Assembly: GCA_964456945.1 (NCBI GenBank)
Contig: CAYWDA010000015.1
Location: 13,532-37,531, forward strand
Origin: an uncultured Syntrophomonadaceae bacterium
GTDB taxonomy: Bacteria; Bacillota; Dethiobacteria; DTU022
Length of the DNA: 24,000 nucleotides
Reading direction: 5' to 3'
The notes beneath the pieces were generated by a model. It was not told the DNA's origin. It searched no databases and saw only the letters and a list, made by a program, of their open reading frames with translations. Shown piece after piece: positions 7,359 through 14,180 of this stretch (position 1 is its first letter; every line of letters begins with the position of its first letter). The position numbers and the translations under genes were made by a program.

Positions 7359-8504
7359 ATGAAGAAGAAAGCAGCTTGGGTAAAAAGTTTGATAGTATGT
7401 GTAGCAGTAACAGCTTTAATGGCAGGAGCAGGGTTCTACCTGCTGACTGACAGCAATGAAGCAGCAGTCTTAAGCAGCAGTAGTGTGGAAGCCGCCGCAG
7501 TGGAAGAGAAGGTAGCAGTGGTTAGTAACTTAAAAAGCACAGCAGTTCTGGTCGAAGATGACCCTGATGTCGAAGAAGAACCAGAGGAGAAAGTAACAGA
7601 AAATAGTACAGTCAACAGCCAGCCAGTTTCTGTAAAAACAGCGCCGGTTGCTGAAAATACCGTTAAAACAGAAGAAGCAGCCCAGCCGGTTGCAGTGCAA
7701 ACCGCAGCAGTCGCACCGGTTGACAAAAAAGCAGAAAGCGCAGCCCCGGTAGACAGCAGTCCGCAAGTTGAAGCTGTCACCGAAACCCCGGCAGCAGCGC
7801 CTGCGGTTGTCGAAGAAGCCCCTGAGCCAGCCGAACAGCAAGTGGCAGTATCTGCGCCGGTAACCTACAACTGGGGTGCCAGCGGTAACTACACCTTCAG
7901 AATTGAAGTAAAAGTAACCAACAACGGCTCAGAGGCCTCGCAAAATGTAATGGTCTCGGTTCCGCTGCTTGAAAACAGCTCCCCCTACCAGACCACAAGC
8001 TTAATCTCAGTCAACTATGATCTAGTCTCCACTGCGGGGCGCGTCAGCACCTTTAACCTGGGCGACCTTGCCCCGGGTGAAACAAAAACAATCATCGCCG
8101 ATTTCAACATCAATGTGCGCACCGTAGCGTTGAACAATAGCAATGAAACAGTCGAGAAAGCGCGCATTGCCTACGACAAGCACAAAGGCAGCGGAAACTG
8201 CCGCGTACTGGCCCAGGCCTTTATCAACGAAGCACGCGCCATGGGCTTAAACGCCAGAGAAGTTGTTGGCTTCGCCCGCCCGCAGCGTGGGGCAATGACC
8301 TCCGGTTCGCTGCAGGGTAGCCGTCACAGCTGGGCTGAGTTCTACGTAGACGGTCTTGGCTGGGTACCGGTCGACCTGACCTTCCAGTATTTCGGCACCT
8401 TCCCCCAGACTTCTCACATCGTTGAATGTTACGGAGACCAGTCGATAAAAGTTAACTTCACCGGCGGAAGCTTAGGTGCAAGCTGGAGCAACTCGGTTCT
8501 TTAA
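7359..8504 (+). CDS. membrane-anchored transglutaminase-like (Cys-His-Asp) domain protein with a low-complexity A/V/E/P linker
   Basis: N-terminal signal anchor KKKAAWVKSLIVCVAVTALMAGAGFYLL, followed by an acidic Ala/Val/Pro-rich linker of about 140 aa. A beta-rich module follows (YTFRIEVKVTNNGSEASQNVMVSVPL...GDLAPGETKTI). The C-terminal transglutaminase core has GNCRVLAQAF (Cys), SRHSWAEFY (His) and WVPVDLT (Asp). ATG 7359 is 9 nt from GGAGG; the track starts 3 nt earlier at TTG 7356. Confidence 0.8.
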   Translation: MKKKAAWVKSLIVCVAVTALMAGAGFYLLTDSNEAAVLSSSSVEAAAVEEKVAVVSNLKSTAVLVEDDPDVEEEPEEKVTENSTVNSQPVSVKTAPVAENTVKTEEAAQPVAVQTAAVAPVDKKAESAAPVDSSPQVEAVTETPAAAPAVVEEAPEPAEQQVAVSAPVTYNWGASGNYTFRIEVKVTNNGSEASQNVMVSVPLLENSSPYQTTSLISVNYDLVSTAGRVSTFNLGDLAPGETKTIIADFNINVRTVALNNSNETVEKARIAYDKHKGSGNCRVLAQAFINEARAMGLNAREVVGFARPQRGAMTSGSLQGSRHSWAEFYVDGLGWVPVDLTFQYFGTFPQTSHIVECYGDQSIKVNFTGGSLGASWSNSVL

Positions 8505-8567
8505 AAGTTTTTCTTTAATGCATCCCTCCTTCAAATGTTTGATGAGATGCATTTAATACCCAAAGAA

Positions 8568-8600
8568 GGCCCCGGTCCTCCACTACCGGGGCCGCTTTCT
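8568..8600 (+). terminator. probable terminator after the transglutaminase-like gene
   Basis: A 9-bp stem, ggccccggt (8568-8576) with accggggcc (8585-8593), followed by gctttct, which is a weak T-tract. A second hairpin, aatgcatc/gatgcatt, lies at 8517-8553. Confidence 0.5.
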
Positions 8601-8697
8601 GTACACAGCAGTTTTCCACAGGTTCCAGGCAAATGATATAGTATAATTAAGGTGGTATCGTGCTTCCCACTGCAGTAAATGACAAAGAGGAGGAATT

Positions 8698-9540
8698 ATG
8701 GTAACAGACGGTAATGAGCCAGTAAAAGCCTATAAGAATCTGGAGTTCTTAAATAGCCCGGATGCGAGGACAATTCGCATTCTGGCGGAATTTTTAGAAC
8801 CGATGAGGCGATTCAAAAAAGAAAAAATTGAAGATACGATCGTATTTTTCGGTTCTGCCCGCACTAAAAGTTTGCAGGATGCAACTATTGAAATGGCTAG
8901 ATTAGAGGAGCGTATTGCTAAGGATGGGGCGAAGGTAAACTCTGCCTTGCAGGAGGAACTGGAATTTGCCCGTAATCAGGTTTTCCTTGCCCGCTATTAC
9001 GAAGATGCGGTTGAGTTATCCCGGCGGCTTACCGAGTGGTCAAAAGGGCTGAACTCAGTCCATCGTTTTGTGGTTTGCTCGGGTGGAGGACCGGGTATGA
9101 TGGAGGCAGCAAATAAAGGCGCTTTTGAGGCGGGTGGTAAATCAGTTGGTTTGAGTATCAGCCTGCCGATGGAAGAGTCGGCCAACCCTTTTATAACTCC
9201 CGAATTGAGCTTAGAGTTTCATTACTTTTTCATGCGTAAATTCTGGTTTATCTATCTGGCTAAAGCGCTGGTAATTTTCCCGGGCGGTTTTGGAACGCTT
9301 GATGAGCTATTTGAAACACTGACCCTAATCCAAACTGGAAAAGTGCTCAAAAAAATGCCGATTTTAATTTACGGCACAGAATATTGGAACCGAATCATTA
9401 ACTTTGGAAATATGGCTAAGTATGGGGTAATCAGCAAAACCGATCTTGATTTGATCCACTTCTGTGACTCGGTAGACGATGCTTTTGACTATTTGAAAAA
9501 GGAACTGACCAGGCTTTATCTCGACATTGAAGCAGAGTGA
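8698..9540 (+). CDS. LOG-family (TIGR00730) protein, putative nucleotide 5'-monophosphate nucleosidase
   Basis: Has the family motifs VCSGGGPGMMEAANKGA and FPGGFGTLDELFE. AGGAGG lies 7 nt upstream of the ATG. Confidence 0.85.
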   Translation: MVTDGNEPVKAYKNLEFLNSPDARTIRILAEFLEPMRRFKKEKIEDTIVFFGSARTKSLQDATIEMARLEERIAKDGAKVNSALQEELEFARNQVFLARYYEDAVELSRRLTEWSKGLNSVHRFVVCSGGGPGMMEAANKGAFEAGGKSVGLSISLPMEESANPFITPELSLEFHYFFMRKFWFIYLAKALVIFPGGFGTLDELFETLTLIQTGKVLKKMPILIYGTEYWNRIINFGNMAKYGVISKTDLDLIHFCDSVDDAFDYLKKELTRLYLDIEAE

Positions 9541-9556
9541 GATAGTGCCGGACAGT

Positions 9557-10150
9557 CTAAATGCGCTTAAGATCTTGTCTGTAGTGCCTTACCGCCGGAA
9601 GAAGGAATCTAACCAGGTAATTTTGCCGGTATTCACGCCAGGCTTTTCGCGCCGGTTTAAGTAGTTGTGTGCGAAAGGTGTCAAAGGCATTTTTGATCAT
9701 CACAGCTTCTTCCATGTCTGGCCAACGGTCAAAGTTTATCCTGCCAGGCATATCCATTGCAGCCAGGAGGCGCTGCATGGAGCAATCATCAGTTAGGTCT
9801 AAATTCTTCTGCCAGCGCAGGGCCAGTCTGATTAAAACCTGCAGTTCATCCCAGCCTTCTTCCGGTTCTCTCTGCGGCATAATTTTTTTTGCGCGGCGAC
9901 AAAAACGATCTAATTCCGCCCGCACATTGCCGAGCTGAGGCCTCGGTATGGCAGCGCATTCAAAATCCAGATCAGGGCGGAGATTAAGCTCTCTAAAGGC
10001 CTTACGTAAATCTGCAGGTTTAAGATCTAATTCCTGAAGATGTTTATATTTTTGAGCGAAGGTGGCATCATTTCCCAAACGCAGCAATTGCTCGGGATCT
10101 ATCTCATCTTCTATGTGATCGATATACTCAGATGTGATTCTGTTATTCAA
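9557..10150 (-). CDS. hypothetical protein (197 aa), no recognised domain
   Basis: An uninterrupted ORF with a TTG start preceded by GGAGGGGG. It is charged and helical-looking, with no motif I can name. The overlapping plus-strand ORF 9669..9938 has biased composition and is less plausible. Confidence 0.55.
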   Translation of the reverse strand: MNNRITSEYIDHIEDEIDPEQLLRLGNDATFAQKYKHLQELDLKPADLRKAFRELNLRPDLDFECAAIPRPQLGNVRAELDRFCRRAKKIMPQREPEEGWDELQVLIRLALRWQKNLDLTDDCSMQRLLAAMDMPGRINFDRWPDMEEAVMIKNAFDTFRTQLLKPARKAWREYRQNYLVRFLLPAVRHYRQDLKRI

Positions 10151-10316
10151 GGTAGAGCCACCCCCTCCGGAGTTTATTTCCCCCGGCTTTGCCTCAATTC
10201 AACGTCCATTCGGTGATTGGTCACCAGATATTATAGCTTTCGCTAAAGATCTTAAATAACCTCTTTCCGGTTACTAAGCATTCAATTATTAGCGATAAAG
10301 TGGTATCCTCTTAATA

Positions 10317-10403
10317 ATGAAAACAATTATGATCACAGCGCCATCAAGCGGAAGCGGCAAGACTATGGTTACCATGGTACCCGCATATAAATTTTTTAGG
10401 TAA
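10317..10403 (+). pseudogene. possible remnant of the N-terminus of a CobB/CbiA/CobQ-type amidotransferase ATPase
   Basis: A 28-codon ORF, MKTIMITAPSSGSGKTMVTMVPAYKFFR*. The segment IMITAPSSGSGKTxVT resembles the N-terminal P-loop of cobyrinate a,c-diamide synthase-like proteins. There is no SD and no continuation in any frame. Confidence 0.3.
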
Positions 10404-10471
10404 CATAAATGCTTTCGAGACAATGCTTGATTATGTAGAGAGTTTTAAGCAGCGGGAAGGAGACTGCAGGG

Positions 10472-10972
10472 ATGAGTGAAACAGTTATTCGCGCCGTTCA
10501 TGAAGCAGATTATGCGAAGGTTGTTGAGCTGAATGACAGCGAGGTTAGGCACACCAGCGCTATGGATTTGGGCAGGGCTTTTTACCTGGATCAGCTGTCT
10601 GCTTATCACCGGTTGGCTGAGCTTGACGGCACTGCTGCCGCGTTTTTACTGGCCATGAAAGATGACGCACCCTACCAGAACGATAACTTTAACTGGTTTG
10701 CCGCCCGATACGAGCGGTTCCTCTATATTGACAGGGTTGTCGTGGGAGGCCATTTTCAGGGTAGTGGCATCGGTTCGCTGCTTTATCGCGATTTATTTGA
10801 ATATGCCCGCGAGCAAAAAATTGCTTTAATCACCTGTGAGATTAACATTATTCCGCCTAACCGGCGATCACTTGCTTTTCATGCCGGACATGGTTTTAAA
10901 GAGGTTGGCAGGCAATGGGTTGATAACGGTCAAAAGCAGGTTTCCATGCAGGGAGCAAAGTGTCATCTATAG
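10472..10972 (+). CDS. GNAT-family N-acetyltransferase
   Basis: 166 aa, with the acetyl-CoA-binding motif region VVVGGHFQGSGIGSLLYRDLFEYAREQ. AAGGAG SD lies upstream of ATG 10472. Confidence 0.8.
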   Translation: MSETVIRAVHEADYAKVVELNDSEVRHTSAMDLGRAFYLDQLSAYHRLAELDGTAAAFLLAMKDDAPYQNDNFNWFAARYERFLYIDRVVVGGHFQGSGIGSLLYRDLFEYAREQKIALITCEINIIPPNRRSLAFHAGHGFKEVGRQWVDNGQKQVSMQGAKCHL

Positions 10973-11036
10973 TATAATGGAAATGTGGAATAGTTGGCTA
11001 GAGCTCAGTTTCGCTCAATCAGAAAGGTGAAACAAG

Positions 11037-11942
11037 ATGGATTTTGATCAGATAAATGCATTTATTAATGTCGCCTCTTTCAGAAGTTTTTCTGAAGCAG
11101 CAGAAAAAATGTTTATCAGCCAGCCTTCGGTCAGCGTGCGGATTAAAATGCTGGAAGAAGAGCTTGGTGTTATGCTTTTCGATCGTTCAAAGGCCCGAGA
11201 GCCTGTACTGACAGATGCCGGAAGAATTTTTCTTGACTATGCACAGTCGATGCTTAACCTGCAGGAAGAATGCCGGGAAAAGCTTTCAGGCGCCCGCCAG
11301 GCATCAGCCGGGCTGGTTTATGTGGGAGCAAGCACTGTGCCGGGTGCTTACCTGTTGCCTTCGCTGATGGCCCGTTTTAGAAAAATAGCCCCCAAAATAG
11401 ATATTAATGTTAATATTTTAGATACCAGTGCTGTTTTAGAAGGGGTATTAAACTACAGTTATGATTTTGGCCTGGTTGGTCAGATTAGCCAGGATGAAAG
11501 GTTAAAGTATCTGCCGCTTTATGAGGATGAGCTTGTTCTTTGTGCAACTAAGGGATTACTGCCCCAAACTGATTACACGGAAGGAGTTCCGCTGGAAGCA
11601 CTCTTTTCTATGCACCTGATAATGCGTGAGAAAGGATCTGCTACACGCCAGCTGTTGGAAAAGAAACTATTTGAAAGAGGCTACGGCTTTGATCTATTTA
11701 CGGGTGTAACTTACATCAACAGCCTCGAAGGCATTAAGCAGGCGGTAAGGGAAGGTTTGGGCATTGCCTTTTTGTCAAGACTTTCGGTGAGCGAAATGAG
11801 TGCTGCCGGGTTGGTTGATGTTTTCCCGCTCAGTGGTTATGATTTGCGGCGCTCATTATACCTGGTTTACCACCGCAGCAGGATTCTTTGTGGTGCATCT
11901 GAAAGAATGAAAGCCTTTATTGTGGAAGATTTCAATGGCTAA
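11037..11942 (+). CDS. LysR-family transcriptional regulator
   Basis: N-terminal HTH FINVASFRSFSEAAEKMFISQPSVSVRIKMLEEELG, and a substrate-binding domain of about 200 aa with typical LysR length and layout. Confidence 0.9.
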   Translation: MDFDQINAFINVASFRSFSEAAEKMFISQPSVSVRIKMLEEELGVMLFDRSKAREPVLTDAGRIFLDYAQSMLNLQEECREKLSGARQASAGLVYVGASTVPGAYLLPSLMARFRKIAPKIDINVNILDTSAVLEGVLNYSYDFGLVGQISQDERLKYLPLYEDELVLCATKGLLPQTDYTEGVPLEALFSMHLIMREKGSATRQLLEKKLFERGYGFDLFTGVTYINSLEGIKQAVREGLGIAFLSRLSVSEMSAAGLVDVFPLSGYDLRRSLYLVYHRSRILCGASERMKAFIVEDFNG

Positions 11943-11956
11943 TTGAATATTTGTTG

Positions 11957-11985
11957 TTGTTATTCCGGTAGAATATGTGTATGAT
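11957..11985 (+). promoter_or_regulatory. candidate sigma-A promoter for the HU gene
   Basis: TTGTTA (11957-11962), a 17-nt spacer, then TATGAT (11980-11985), with TG immediately upstream. Confidence 0.35.
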
Positions 11986-12041
11986 AAGGCATATTGTTTT
12001 AAAGTATATAAGTCAATTACAATGAGCGGAGGAATTAGAAA

Positions 12042-12314
12042 TTGAATAAACCAGAATTAGTTGAAGCAGTTGCTGAAAAAGCTGGCATTACAAAAAAAGA
12101 CAGTGAAAAAGCGGTAGCGGCAGTTTTAGAAGGTATTGCCAATACTTTGGCCAAAGGTGAAAAAGTTCAGTTGGTGGGATTCGGAACTTTTGAAGTAAGG
12201 CATCGCAATGCACGTGAAGGCCGCAACCCAAGTACTGGTGAGGCAATAAAAATTGCAGCACAGAACGTACCTGCATTTAAACCTGGAAAAGCCTTAAAAG
12301 ATCTGGTTAAATAG
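12042..12314 (+). CDS. hup: HU-family DNA-binding protein
   Basis: (M)[24 protein letters not shown]...[46 protein letters not shown] is near-colinear with Bacillus Hbs/HU. TTG start with GGAGG 8 nt upstream. Confidence 0.92.
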   Translation: MNKPELVEAVAEKAGITKKDSEKAVAAVLEGIANTLAKGEKVQLVGFGTFEVRHRNAREGRNPSTGEAIKIAAQNVPAFKPGKALKDLVK

Positions 12315-12328
12315 TAACAATATTGTTT

Positions 12329-12357
12329 AGTGCCCCGGGTTATAAACCCGGGGCACT
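12329..12357 (+). terminator. stem-loop after hup, a probable terminator
   Basis: A perfect 11-bp stem, agtgccccggg (12329-12339) with cccggggcact (12347-12357), loop ttataaa. The downstream tract is only T-rich (tgcttatt), so termination efficiency is uncertain. Confidence 0.55.
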
Positions 12358-12391
12358 TGCTTATTACTGCCTGAAAATGGAGGTTTTAAGG

Positions 12392-12724
12392 ATGAGCAAT
12401 TATCAGGTGTTGAAGCAAGCGGAAGGCGATTTTGTCGTCATGGCCGAGGGAATAAAGCGCAAAACCCTGGTTTCCGGCGACAAAACAGTACTGTGCAAGT
12501 TTATATTTGAGCAGGGAGCAATAGTGCCCATGCACAGCCATATTTATGAACAAACCGGCTATTTGCTGTCCGGTAAAATTATATTTACGATTGAGGGAAA
12601 GATCCACGAAGTAAATGCAGGGGATAGCTGGTCAGTTAAAGCCAATGTTGAGCACGGGGCAGAGGTGCCCGAGCCAACTACATTAATCGAAGTATTTACG
12701 CCGATCAGGGAAGATTACCTTTAA
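12392..12724 (+). CDS. cupin-domain protein (110 aa)
   Basis: Cupin-like His/Glu motifs PMHSHIYEQTGYLLSG and ANVEHGAE. ATG 12392 has GGAGG at 12379-12383. The track start at 12323 lies inside the hup terminator hairpin and is rejected. Confidence 0.75.
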   Translation: MSNYQVLKQAEGDFVVMAEGIKRKTLVSGDKTVLCKFIFEQGAIVPMHSHIYEQTGYLLSGKIIFTIEGKIHEVNAGDSWSVKANVEHGAEVPEPTTLIEVFTPIREDYL

Positions 12725-12768
12725 GCACTCGAAGTTAAAGATTCCATACGATGATTTTATTCCACTAA

Positions 12769-12939
12769 TCAAAGTTTACCATCCCGGTCTTTTTTTGCTT
12801 TTTTGAGCTCTTCCAGTTCCAATTCGAGGTTTTCCAGTTCCTGAACCATTGAAACCTTGGGAGAATGGAAAGGCCAGCGGCTCTTAACCTCTTCAATTTT
12901 TCCCACCACTTCGGTAATTCTTTGATCTAAATCGTCCAT
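12769..12939 (-). CDS. small coiled-coil protein (56 aa), below the ORF-track length cut-off
   Basis: My own translation gives MDDLDQRITEVVGKIEEVKSRWPFHSPKVSMVQELENLELELEELKKAKKDRDGKL*. GGAGG lies 10 nt upstream of ATG 12939. The WP-HS-K core flanked by Glu/Leu-rich helices recalls a small conserved Firmicute protein family; that is from memory and not verified. Confidence 0.55.
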   Translation of the reverse strand: MDDLDQRITEVVGKIEEVKSRWPFHSPKVSMVQELENLELELEELKKAKKDRDGKL

Positions 12940-12994
12940 TAATAATACACCTCCGAAAGTCCCTTTTGCTATTTAATTTTAGCGGAAGTAAATT

Positions 12995-13666
12995 TCAAAA
13001 ACCGCGGATCTGCCCCTGCCATGGAGGTTCTTTGCCGGACTGGTATTCTTCCACACCCGGTCCGCCCAGGCGGCGCAGGCGCCAGATTCCATAGAGGTAA
13101 GTGATTACCAGAATGATTACTGTAACCGGCCAGCCGAGTAGTGTGTTGGCCCAGGCCAGGCGCGTGGCATCTCCGCTCTGGAAAAGAGCAACCTGAAAGA
13201 GCAGGCGCATCAGGAAAAATGCGGCCCAAAACCAGGTTACCTCACGGTAGGCAGGTTTAATATCTTTTCGCCAGAACCATGATAAGGGCCACCCCCTTGT
13301 TAAATGACTGGCCCAGGCAGCCAGGGGTTTACCGGCGAGCAGGCTTGCCAGGGCCAGAAGCAGTAAAAGGGCGCTGCTGATGATGGCCGGGATGAAGTAG
13401 CTTGTAGCGCTGCGGGTGAGGTAAGCAAAGCCCGAGGCTAGAGCAACACCGAAAAAGCCCCCAAGCGCATAATGCCAGGTTTGTTTGCGCAGCAGACGAA
13501 TGAGGCTCAGTACGATGGCCAGGCCAAGAGCAAAAGTGATCGCCTGATCAAGGTTGGTTAACCCATTAACGATCACAAAAACCAGCGGTGGCAGTAGGGC
13601 ATCCAAAGTCTTGCCTGATACGACCGATTTTAACTCTTCGAAAATTTCCTGATACTTAGCCGGCAT
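12995..13666 (-). CDS. integral membrane protein (about 6 TM; possibly DUF3159-like)
   Basis: 223 aa with multiple hydrophobic helices (LLPPLVFVIVNG, AITFALGLAIVLSLI, ALGGFFGVALASGFAYL, IPAIISSALLLLLALASLL, VTWFWAAFFLMRLLF, WPVTVIILVITYLYGIW). The overlapping ORF 12969..13229 is rejected. Confidence 0.7.
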   Translation of the reverse strand: MPAKYQEIFEELKSVVSGKTLDALLPPLVFVIVNGLTNLDQAITFALGLAIVLSLIRLLRKQTWHYALGGFFGVALASGFAYLTRSATSYFIPAIISSALLLLLALASLLAGKPLAAWASHLTRGWPLSWFWRKDIKPAYREVTWFWAAFFLMRLLFQVALFQSGDATRLAWANTLLGWPVTVIILVITYLYGIWRLRRLGGPGVEEYQSGKEPPWQGQIRGF

Positions 13667-13687
13667 GATAGCCCTTTCTTGATCAAA

Positions 13688-14038
13688 CTATGATGATTTC
13701 TTGATCAGTGTATCTTTACGCGCTCCGAGGAAAAATGTTAACCAGTCTTCTTTGCTGCTGTAGAGGGCAAGCAGCACGTAGAGGCTGCCCGCGAAAAAGC
13801 CTAAAACAATCATCAATATGATCCAGATAACTGTAGTTAGCAGGTTCTTTTCGCGAAAAGCGATCCAGAGTGAAAAGAGAGCAAAACCCACGTAGAGGTC
13901 AACGAGAGATACAATGCCCCAGGGATTAGCAAGCAGCTCCGCGCCGTCGCGGCTGAAGTTACCGTTGGCAAAACCATTGAAGAGTACGGCTGTCATCGCA
14001 AAGAGCCCCAGCCAGGCGATCACTTTAGCGGTTTTCAT
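13688..14038 (-). CDS. small membrane protein (4 TM; possibly DUF1475-like)
   Basis: 116 aa. Hydrophobic helices plus the NPWGIVSLVDLYVGFALF motif. It lies 21 nt upstream of the next minus-strand gene, suggesting an operon spanning 14038 to 12769. Confidence 0.7.
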   Translation of the reverse strand: MKTAKVIAWLGLFAMTAVLFNGFANGNFSRDGAELLANPWGIVSLVDLYVGFALFSLWIAFREKNLLTTVIWIILMIVLGFFAGSLYVLLALYSSKEDWLTFFLGARKDTLIKKSS

Positions 14039-14180
14039 AAGATCCCTTCTTTCAAATATTAATCAGGCACAAGCTTGTAGTTAATTTTATCATGACTGGG
14101 CAAATAATACATGGTTATATGCAAACCTGTCACACATCTGTTCTGAAAATGTGTTATTATCACTTAGCGGGGGTGATACC

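Noticed and set aside
7436-7841. Minus-strand ORFs 7436..7780 and 7530..7841
   Set aside because: They are antisense to the low-complexity GCA/GAA-rich linker of the transglutaminase-like gene. Repetitive codons keep all frames open.
10212-10225. Palindrome ggtgattggtcacc as a regulator binding site
   Set aside because: It is a single short palindrome with 5-bp arms, no second copy and no positional link to a promoter. That is insufficient evidence.
12323-12391. Track start of the cupin ORF at 12323
   Set aside because: It would begin inside the hup terminator hairpin and has no SD. ATG 12392 has GGAGG 8 nt upstream.
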